DNA from: Sphaeroforma arctica JP610 | Taxonomy: Eukaryota | Reading direction: 5' to 3' | Assembly: GCF_001186125.1 (NCBI RefSeq) | Contig: NW_014040054.1 | Span: 5,722 to 42,106 of the forward strand | DNA: 36,385 nt | In this document: positions 13,072 through 23,700 of the stretch, piece by piece | Layout: each line of letters opens with the position of its first letter | Numbering within the stretch: position 1 is the stretch's first letter | Position numbers and translations under genes: made by a program | Notes under the pieces: model-generated | The model's database searches: none | The model's input: only the letters and a program-made list of their open reading frames with translations | What the model was told of the DNA's origin: nothing

Positions 13072-14030
13072 AGTTTCAAACGCTCTCTGGTAATAGAGGA
13101 TGGGTTACTAGTAGACTAAGAATTAACTAGTATGTGCGTGGGTAGTGCGAATCGTTTAGTGTAAAGTATGCACAATACAAACAACTTGTCAATGAGATTT
13201 GCAAAGATCCACCTTCGTATGTATATGTATAGTGTGTGGTGATACTAGAGCACCGTGGCCGCTGAGCTGTAGTAATTATAAACTGCTTTGTTTACACTCG
13301 CCCCAGACCCCCAGTACGTCCTCCACAGTGGTAGCTGGTAAATTGCTCTCAGGTATTGCCTATAACACTACTATGGACACAAAAATTGCCCCGAAAAAAT
13401 CGGGGCTCAGCGGGTTTTAAAAGACATTCACGGCGCAAGTGCACCTCTCATGATAGTTTTTGGGCCTCTTCTCTGCACCACTCTAGATTTTTTATTTGTT
13501 TTTATTTTAACAAATTATATAAACAAAATATCTGCATAGAGTAAAAATATCAAGAACAGGTAAATACAGGGGTATGTATTTACATCCAAGTGATTTTGTT
13601 GTTTTTTTGTTGTTTTTTTAAATTTACAAATGCAATTCTGTGCATTTTTGGTCCGCGTGGGCGGGTCAAAATATGCGTTGTTGGGTGATCTGATTGGTCG
13701 TACAACCCTGGGAAATTTGATATATCAGTGTATATCAGAAGCAACAACTGCCACTCTGCCAGCCAATGATAAACACTATAGACACCTCTGAGAGTGATGC
13801 AGACTGTCGAAATTTACAAAGTGGGTCTTGGTATGGACTGTCACAGCTGTCCTAAAATATTTTATTTGGGACTTTTATTTGGAATCGAAACAAAATGAGA
13901 GAATCTCAGTAAATACAATGATGAGTGGATGAGTCGTATTCGGCGTCTGGAACTAAAAGTAAAACCCCCCTGTATGAGTGTAAATATTTATGTGTGTTAT
14001 CGTGGAATTTCGATATTTTTGAATATGCCA

Positions 14031-14119
14031 GGAGCGAGCGAAGCGAGTGACTTTTTGATAAATTTGAGGGGGGGGAAGGTAGAAAAAAGGGGGGCCCAAA
14101 GGGGGCGTAGCCCCCTTAG
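14031..14119 (+). mobile_element. Possible transposon terminus (Helitron-like 3' hairpin)
   Basis: GAGCGAGCGAAGCGAG motif, G-runs, then a perfect 8-bp stem aagggggc-gta-gccccctt (14099-14117) followed by AG. No 5' end or Rep/helicase ORF was identified. Confidence 0.3.
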
Positions 14120-14238
14120 CTCACACACGCTGACTCCCAAACAAAGTGTCAACAATATATATTTTATACATTCACTCATATTATAAAATAAACAACAATA
14201 TTCAATATATACTTATGATTATTATAATAAAAATGTAG

Positions 14239-15257
14239 TACCAGTATTCAATACCCTTCTTAGATGACATTGATGCGTGGGGACGCAAATCTGGCCTCGA
14301 ACAGGGTGTCATTAAACCCCGAGTACGATCTACCGACTTGCGACACGCGGCGCCAACCCTACGTATAAATGGTGAGCTTATCGCGCCGACGCTTGCAGAC
14401 GCACCTTGGAACACACGTTACCTCCCCCTGAAACTGGCGACCACACATGCCGAACCGAAACACTCCAAATACCTGGGGTTCCCACTCTCTCACTGAGTAC
14501 CAGGAATCAACCTCGCTAGACATATGGAATCCCTGGTTGCAGCATTGTCACTGGGTATCGCCTCTTTCTGCGCTTTTGGCTTCCATGGCTTCAGCTGACG
14601 ACACCCCCGCAACCGACTGGTGATGTTCAAAACATTCATCCTATCCACGGCTACATATGGGCTGAACATTAATGCCTGGGCTCCGCCTATATCGAAGGAT
14701 GCGTTGGACCCCCTATTCGTGCGCTTTAACTCGGCACTCATCCAAGCAGCAGCCATCATCACGGCCACTAAATACCCTCGGTTTCCCAAATATCAAACAA
14801 ACTTACTTCACTTTTGCGGCCTGCTCCCCGCGCGACCATTCGCGGACTACCTCGGAGGTTACCTGGGAATACAACTCGACTCAATGGCCAGCATAAATCC
14901 ACTTACCCCTCTGATGCAAACCGCCTGGGCCCACGATAAACCATCACTGCGCTTCCCGTACAGTATCTATGCTCACCTGAAAACTGTACACAAAACCACG
15001 GGCGGGCGTACACCCGACCATGTAGTCCTCCGCCAACGCTGTGACGGCATCAGGAAGAACTCAACAAACCGTTGGTCCTACAAGGAGATCGCGGCAATGG
15101 CCCGGCGCCAATACTACTACCAACTGGTTATGGGTAAACCGCCAACCTCAACCCGAAACACAGCCAGACACGACAGCTGCAATCGCTGCTTCGAGCCTAC
15201 ACCAATCCGGCTCTGTGCTGTGATTGTAACGAATACGTACATGTTCACATTGCTCGA
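14239..15257 (+). mobile_element. 5'-truncated non-LTR retrotransposon (LINE-like) fragment: RT C-terminal/thumb region, decayed
   Basis: A single frame reads FLDDIDAWGRKSGL..LRINGELI..KYLGFPL..MFKTFILSTATYG..HDSCNRC, matching the non-LTR RT domain 6-7/thumb pattern (LxxWxxxxGL, KYLG, YKTxIxxxxxYG). Two in-frame TGA stops (14494, 14596). Ends at the 20-N gap. Confidence 0.7.
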
Positions 15258-15278
15258 NNNNNNNNNNNNNNNNNNNNC

Positions 15279-17608
15279 CACTACAGCGACTATGAGTGCT
15301 ATACCATATGTTCATACATTGTATCAAACATACTTGCCATTTTTGAAATAAATAATATTATCCCTATGGTTGTAATATTTCGAAGTACAGAACTATGCTT
15401 GGACATGATAAAGAACGAGGGTGTTTCCCTTCGCGATTGCGACTATCTCAATACAGACTCTTCAGAATGCATTTCTTTAGAGAGTGAAAATGGCATTGAA
15501 CATGAAGATGATCAGGAAGATGGGCATGAAGCTGATCTCAGGTCAGACAATAGCTTCTACGAGACTTTCGAGACACTTTTCCCCGACTTTCAGCCAAGTA
15601 ATAAACCGGAGGTAGTGAAAGTATGGAGGCATGTGCTTATAGATGTGCCTTATCTTATGGCTTTGGTCCCAATCTAAAAGAAACACGGGTGGCACTGGAA
15701 ATTTTGGCAGCTGTTTCGTGATTTGATCTTCGTTGACAACGCAACTGATCGTGATGCGGTCATTGCAGTGCTTCAAAAGCAAGATATCACATATAAAGAG
15801 CGATTGCAGACTGTCATAGGCAACCGCTACATACGCAAGCGTGAACGTCGACACATTCCGGCCCCATAATTACTGCACGATCGGGTGCTAGAAGTCTACA
15901 ATGAATTTAAGGACGAGTTAGATAGTTGAAGTAAACAACCTCTGTCCAACGTTGCGGCCTACAAAGAATTTAAAACTATACTAGATACAATACTAAACGG
16001 GTACGTATCAGATCCTCTTGGAGTTGATTTATATTACTGTTACGCAACAGACACAGATGGATTGTATTTATGGAAATGCGCTCGCGGTACGGATTGTATA
16101 GAATCGATCGTACATCAACCAGTCTCTAGAAAGTTTGGATATCGTATCACAAGTACAGCTTTAGCCGATGATGTACTTTCGTACTTTCGTATGAAAAAAA
16201 CCTATACGCTCGATATTGAACGGAATGAAGTCCCAGACGTTGGTTATTCTGATTTAGAAACCGTCGACAAGTGTGCTATGCTATTCACAGAGCAAACCGG
16301 TGAGCCTTTTAGAGTAAACCCTTAAACCCTGGACAACTATACCCCAGGCCACACGACTATATTGTGCCTGACAAGGATCATGTGCATAGCGGTGTTGCAT
16401 ATATGCGTCACTTATTTGATGAGCAGAATCTTGAGAAAGTCGCAAACAAAATAAAGAAAACCCACACACACCAATTCATGATCACAATTATACAGCTGAA
16501 AGTCAGGGGTTGCCTTGTTTATGCCGACCGTTGATGCATGAGAAACTAGCACGCGAGATAAGATCGCAGGACATTAGCAAAGCAGCGCAATCTCACGAGA
16601 TGTGTAAGCAATGGATCGATTATGTAGATGAGTATAATATAATTTTAAAGTTGCCTATACACTTCAATACGGCTGCCGGAAATGGGCACAGCTATTCCAG
16701 GCGCAAGCAAAATTCGTGATATAGAGCACCTGCATACTGCTTTGGGGAGTGAAAAAACTGCTCAGAATGTTATTGCATCAGTAAATCCGGCTCAACAGAA
16801 AGCTCAGAAGTATATGGATGCTCAGCCAGAACAAGCGGATTTACCAACAGTCGGCGAACAGAATTACCCTTTTCTGACCCCATTAGCTTTCTCAGGGGAT
16901 ACACCAATGGCGAATGCGCTGGTGATTGAAGAGCCCCAAGCGCGTCAAGAAGACGAGGCGGCCGCCGCCTCCGGCCGACTGAAGTTAACTTAGGCAGTCA
17001 ACGGGCGACGGAGAGTTCTACCAATACACGACAGCACACAACATCAACAACCTCGACATCTAGTACACGCGCTGAGGCAACGCACACAAGAAATATTAGG
17101 TCTGTTGTGCAACAATATATGTATTCATCTGAGAATAGGCGAGTACACATGTATACCAACATCACTCATCCACAGGATTGTGTACCAGCACCTGATCCGG
17201 TGGAACACAATAGATATTTATATCCCGATCCAAACGCGCACATACCTCCGCCTAATGCACGCGATTCCAATTATCAGATTATCAATGCATCGCAGGTTTC
17301 ACATAATCATTACACATCCAGACATGGACACACAACGCAGCATTAACGAGCAATCCCTCCAGAATGTCCATATACATCTGTATGAGGATCACAGTCGATT
17401 ACATGATACTCGTCAGAGATTGACGAATATTGTGCCACATGACCCACATAATCCTTACTTACAAAGAAACGACTCTCAGCGTGCATTTGAAATGCCTAAG
17501 CAGCCACCATCTAATGCATATGCATACACACATCCTAGATGATTTTATTCATCGGCTGCCGTACCACCTAGGTTTAAAATGAGTATTGCAAATGTGCATG
17601 CCGCATGA
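15279..17608 (+). mobile_element. C-terminal half of a decayed DUF6729-type DDE transposase
   Basis: One frame with 3 stops from 15279 to ~16325: RHVLIDVPYLM (DxxH position), KKHGWHWKF..FRDLIF, RRHIPAP, KQPLSN, ILNGYVSDPLGVDLY, LWKCARGTDCIESIVHQ (putative catalytic E). A low-complexity tail ends RFKMSIANVHAA* at 17608. Confidence 0.7.
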
Positions 17609-20078
17609 CTCATAGCTGTTACGCCTTATCCCTGCGTAATGTCACCAAGCTGCAGAGCAGCTTGTGGTAAGTATATTTTGGTAATTCAAATAATTCTTCT
17701 GTGTTTTTGTGTCTGCCCACTGCCTAAGCGCCATGCAGTTTTCTTACCATCTGCAGATATTCTATTCCAGCCAGTAGTTTCTGTCACATTGCTGTTATAT
17801 ATAAAACCCTCTGCACACATATTTGTGCAGGAGGCGGTATATACAAAAACACATCCTTCTTTATCTGCTACCGTTAAGGCTCGTACGGGTGTCTTGCAAC
17901 CCGCACGATAGAGTTGGTAAGGTTTATAAATATATAGCGCCGCATAAAGGAGTTGAGCATTACTGAGTTCTGACGCAGTTCATTTGCCAGACCTAATGCT
18001 ACTGTAGACCAAGAACTATTTTGGTCAACTCTTGAAGGCTACATCTTCCTTTGCTGATCAACTTACGTTCTTTTAGAAAAGGTGCTAGGTTTACTTCTCC
18101 AGCCATAGTGATGTTGTATTGTTGCTGTACGAGGCGTATATCTACAGGCGTAACAAGCAATCCTACCCAAGTTGGTCCCTGTTGCTGCAAGAATGTACAT
18201 AGGTTGCTTGGCAGTACATCTTTTACCTCAAAGAGGCGTATTCGTGTGAGCAAACATACTTTGTCGGTCCCAATTTGCATAAAATTCAATACATCACTCA
18301 GTTCATCGTCAAAGTCTTGTTGGTCGCATTCTAAATCAAAGGCGTACACATTTTAATATTTGGTTTCAGTGTTTATATTAGCACTTATAAGAATTTCCAA
18401 ACCATGAGCCAATTCATTCGTATTGGTGATCAGAATTCGTCTATAATCATCAGGTAGTACGCAGAGGGGCAGCTCAGAAGCAACATCTGGTACAATTACT
18501 GGGGGTGCCGCTGCATTGCATAACTCGGGCGCGATTCGTTCTGCCAACGCCTCATCAGCAATATTGTGTGTTGATTCCCATTTTGACACAACTCGTGGAA
18601 CTCTCTCAGCCCTCTTTCTACTTCGAGAGTGAACTTCGTAGTTGTAATATTCTGCACAACAATCTGTCCGTATTCATTCACCGCAGTAAAGAGTGCGCCC
18701 CAATAACATCGCATAAATTTGTCATAAATGTGCATCGTAATTTTAAAACTGTGATCCCATTTGACGATGCAAGTTGTAAGCTGCTGTATCCAGAGATCCT
18801 GATATGATCTGGCAGCTTGATTTATAGCATGAATTACTGCACCCGGGTACTTTCCAGACACAAAATGTCCTCTATAGCCATCGCGATCGTAGAATTGCGA
18901 TCAAAGTTTTGCATTCTCGGCTTGCATACGAAGTGCTTTTTTTCAGAGTTAACATGGAAAACCGGGCGAGCATCTTGTGATTATATCTTCGCATATAAGT
19001 CTCTTTCAGACTTTCAGCTATATCGTTCATGGTTCCAGATTCAAGAAACCGATTCCGCATTTCTTGAACCACAGATATATCTATGGTGTCTTTATGTGTG
19101 ATGTAAGCTGGAAAATCCAACTGTGCATGCCCGGGAAGCAATGCTATTACTCTTGAATCACAACTTGAGAATCCTATATTACAATCTTTACCTTTAAATC
19201 TACGATGTAGAATGTGATAACAGGTATCCCGGCTCACTACGCGACGTGCGCGGGGATTGTTTGGCCAGCCTCGACTGACAGTATTAGTTGACTCGCAGGA
19301 TGGACAGGTGAGTAGAAGGCCAAAATATTGGTCAGGTATCCATTCAAATACGTCTGGATAATAGTACGGATCCGGAACTAAATTTGTAGCCCTTGCTCTA
19401 GCTAATTAAATAGAAGAGCTTGATGCACGGATCCACATACTCTCGGCTATCGCTTGCATACCAGCTACATCACTTTTCTTGAATGCTGCACTTATTCTCT
19501 CGTATATACTTTCGATGTAAACTTCCACAATATTCGGTTTTTCTGAGTGCGTGGTGGCGACAGGGTTTGCTGCCCGTATATTTTGTTGTGATGGGTGAAT
19601 AGCTATATCAGTGGGCAAGTTCTCTTCTAATCATGCTATAGAGGTCTGAATGATGGGTGTGCTAGCAGATGCTGAATCAACGATCGTGACGCACTGATTT
19701 GCGATCACTTGAGTGTCAACAGCTGTGACGAAATATATATTATCTATCGATAGTGAAGTACTTTCGGAGCACTGATGGGAAGTATTGGATTCACTCACGA
19801 TATTATTCGTCGTTGTTCTAGCAGCCATATTGGTCAGCAGTATTGGTTGATCTTGATCGCTTTCTGATTCAATATCGGAGAGTTGTACATTGACATCTGA
19901 TGAATTGACATCTGATGGACCAAAAATATTTGTTGAGTATGTCTTATGTAATTTAGGCGTGATTTTTGTTTTTGTTTTTTTTAAAAGTACTGGTTGTGAA
20001 TTGTGCTCTCTGACCTCTGTTCCCAATACATACTTTTGTTTGTTGTATTTGTATGCTTGTGCGATTTGATTTCATCAT
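17609..20078 (-). mobile_element. N-terminal half of the same decayed transposase type: DUF6729-like Zn module, first DDE aspartate, and WRN/DnaQ-type 3'-5' exonuclease
   Basis: PDVFEWIP..LTCPSC..GWPNNPRARRVV..DSRVIALLP..FPAYITHK (~19400-19090); VKWDHSFK..ALFTAVNEYGQI (~18770-18660); exonuclease YAFDLEC (ExoI), QIGT, LPSNLCTFL, SLQELTKIVLG, IRSGK*..LSNAQLLYAALY (ExoIII). Multiple stops and frameshifts. The start codon at 20078 is tentative. Confidence 0.75.
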
Positions 20079-20735
20079 GGAATTCTTCCGTGACGCGACA
20101 CTTTTGGGCTGATTCTTGGGAGAGTAAAATTATCAAACTTTTATCGCTTCCCGTTGCCGGAAACTTTTAGTGTTTTGTGCCGAGGGCAGGAACTTTTAGA
20201 GTTTTGAAAAACATTCAGTTTTTTCATATGATAAATATTCTTATTGGCTGTTGGATACAATAATTTCAGTATCTTAGATAGACCCAGGCCATTGGATACA
20301 AAACGTGAGGACAGACGCTGCTGGAGTTGGAGCTGAAACAGCATATCAGATTTCTAAAAACTCAAACGGATGCACCCAAATCACAGAAAGAGGACACACT
20401 AGGGCCACATAAGGCTTCATCAGGTCCCGTACTCTCCAAGCCTCAAACTCTCACAGTCTCACTCTCGCAGTACTCGGTACTCTCTACTACTACTAGTAGA
20501 AAGTTACGACTACATACTACTAGCTACTAGTAGCTCCGACACATCAGCCAAAAGTAAATAAATAAAAATATAGCTGCGTGTACTTTCGTACAAGAGACTG
20601 TGCATACTATTCGTATTGTATACATACATACGCTGGCCATTGGATAAGAGGTAGTGCTTCGCTAGGTTGTATCGGATTGAGCACATAAATAAATATTTGT
20701 TATATAACATCTGAGCAACATACAACGGCTTCGGT

Positions 20736-23700
20736 ATGCTTAGATACGCAATCAGAGCTCCAGCTCTAAGGTTAGCCTTCAAGGTAATGTATAGTCAAAT
20801 ATTACTTCTTGTTAATGTATAGTCACATTATGGATAACTTATATGCTAGTTGCTTTGACAGTGTGCAAGAGTCTATCGCAGATATTTTCATGCTGAATAT
20901 TTCCGTCTATCACTCACGCATTGGCATACTGGTCAACTCGTACGCAGGCTCAACCTATTGAAGTTGCAGGTTTAGTATATACCGTATTTATTAATGTTGA
21001 GGGGGTTGTTTCAGTATGAAGCGTGTTATGCTTACATATTCGCACTATATATATATTTTATGGGTTTGGTTGGGTGGGGAGATGGATTTTGTGTATACAG
21101 TTGCAAATGCACCTTGTTTGCCTTTACAAGCAAATACATAACTACAAGCAAACATAAATATTATTCAGACCGATTTTATTAGTGTATGTGTATACTTCAC
21201 CAAAGCAGTCCTGGTACGCACCACAAAAATTCAATTGCTGTGTTTATCACCTGAAAAATAGATATCAAACTCTGCGGCTGTATACACACATCATGCCAAA
21301 TTGTGCTTGAATCACACTTCACGTACATATGTAGATGCAAGTACATACGTATATATTTAAACACATTGTATATGTAGGTATACAAATGCGTTTGTGTAAA
21401 TATGTAGATACTTGTATGTTATGCTTGCTTATATAATATCTCCGACAATGCATGTATCCATTTTATTTGTGAAAATGTAAGATATTAATTATGACGATCT
21501 GAATATATTACAATTTTATTTTAAGTAATGGGTATCTTCTTGTCTGCGCATTTCATATTATATATATATATATATATATGGGCACAGGTATGCACGCGTA
21601 GTTGCATGAAAATCCCGTTCGTTGCCGTGCACAAAGTTGTAATCGCTTCCTCATATGATCACTTGAGTATAAACAATACCGTGTACTCGTGCATATTGAT
21701 ATGTACTATTACGTGGATCATTTAAGCTCACTGAGGACCCTTATACTCCCTCTTTCTCCTCCGCCTTGAATTCTGTTTGGTGTGATACTCTCTTGTGTTT
21801 GTCATTTATACGCTCGTACCCATTGCCACCTATACTGTGTACGTGTCAAATACACGAGAGTGAACTGTTTTCAATGTACAATGCAGGTCTACCCTTCACC
21901 CACCCCCACTTGTACATCCATGCTTGTACCGTAGCCTGTCACTTTATACCTGGACACCTCAAGCGACCTGAATTCAAACACCCGCGTACATGCAGTCATA
22001 CTCACAACGAAATGAACGTATACAATTTCGCTATCCCATAGGCCCAGGCACTGCCCGCGTCCCGTCTCGCGGCCAACAAAGTTCGGTACTCAAGTGCGGC
22101 TGCCACTGACCATGTGGAGACAGACACGCCTGCTATCCGAGTCAGAAAACAGCTCGCACAGAAGCGCAAGGAGGCGTTATTAGGCGGTGGACAAAAGCGC
22201 ATAGACACGCAGCATAGCAAGGTGAGTCTGAGTGGTGTGTGTGTGTGTGTAGATGTATCTGTTGTGTGTGATAAGGCTGGGGTGTTTGCATGCGTCTACT
22301 GTGACGTGTAGGTAGGTGTTGCATGCGAGAGGTGATCAGGGTAACGGGTATTTTTTACCTAATACCCGACCAGGGTGGTTGTACTTCATGTATGTAGAAA
22401 ATTATGGAACTCGTATCCGTCAACGTATGTAATGTAGACTGTTGTATAGATATATAAGTGTGACGAAGAACCCTACAGTAAATAATATACCTACATAGTA
22501 CAGCACGGAAACGCCATAGTTAAATGGTACACTGCACATGTATCTGGTGGTACACGCACACGGCACAACAAGGCAGAGCGATTGGTCTCGTCTGATCGGC
22601 CGTATGCGTGAAAGGTCTTTGGGGTCACATCCAGACAGGGTGAAGCGCTACTCGTTGTGGTACGTACAGTTATAGTTATACGCAGCAACTGTTATGAGAC
22701 TTACGTAGTAGACGCTACAGATAGCAAGAGTGTATAGGCACACGCAACTAAGCGTGTGCGTGCCTTGTGGGGCGGTCGTTGTGGATACGTTGTGAGTACT
22801 GTTACGTTAATTATCTGGTGGAAGACATACTATATATGTTCGTCCTGACGCCTCAGCTTTACACTTTTGTAGCCGATATGCTCATACTTATACTTGTGTC
22901 CCAACTGCGTACACCCGATGGTATCTATAACAGGGCAAGCTCACCGCTCGCGAACGATTGGATGTGTTGTTGGACACTGGCAGTTTCCAGGAGACTGACA
23001 TGCTCATGGAACACACGTGCACGGACTTTGGCATGGAGAAGCAGAAGGTGTGTGGCGCAATGTCTAGGCTTGTGTTGTATGTATGTGTTTTCTGTATGTT
23101 TCCATCACCGCTTTGGACACCCGATGGTGATTTATGTACCTAGGTACGTGGCCTGCTTGTGAGTCCGTGTCTCTTGTTTGCCTACTCCGGACTAGGGCTG
23201 TGTACTTTTTTGTACATCAAAGTGTAGATGTCTTACATCTGTACATGGGTAGTACATCAAAGTATGTATGTCTTACATCTGTACATGAGTAGTACATCAA
23301 AGTATGTATGTCGTACATCTGTACAAGGGTAGTACATCAAAGTGTGGATGTCTTACATCTGTACACGGGTAGTACATCAAAGTGTGGATGTCTTACATCT
23401 GTACATGGGTAGTACATCAAAGTGTGGATGTCTTACATCTGTACACGGGTAGTACATCAAAGTGTGGCTGTCTTACATCTGTACATGGGTAGTACATCAA
23501 AGTGTGGATGTCTTACATCTGTACATGGGTAGTACATCAAAGTGTGGATGTCTTTCATTTGTACATGGGTAGTACATCAAAGTGTGGATGTCTTACATCT
23601 GTACATGGGTAGTACATCAAAGTGTGGATGTCTTACATCTGTACATGGGTAGTACATCAAAGTGTGGATGTCTTACATCTGTACATGGGTAGTACATCAA

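Noticed and set aside
13366..13400. CACTA element left end (cactactatgg)
   Set aside because: No matching inverted end was found in the window.
14239..20078. Alternative genetic code or stop readthrough in the TE frames
   Set aside because: TAA, TAG and TGA all occur together with frameshifts and mutated catalytic residues, which is ordinary decay. The host genes use the standard code.
13106..20533. TACTAGTAG as a 9-bp Mutator-type target-site duplication around the whole insertion
   Set aside because: There are no terminal inverted repeats inside the copies, the right copy is in low-complexity sequence, and the left copy is only 35 bp from the PCCA ATG.
21528..21587. Alternative PCCB first exon [12 protein letters not shown]
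   Set aside because: It runs through a (TA)n microsatellite and lacks presequence character; 20736-20783 fits better.
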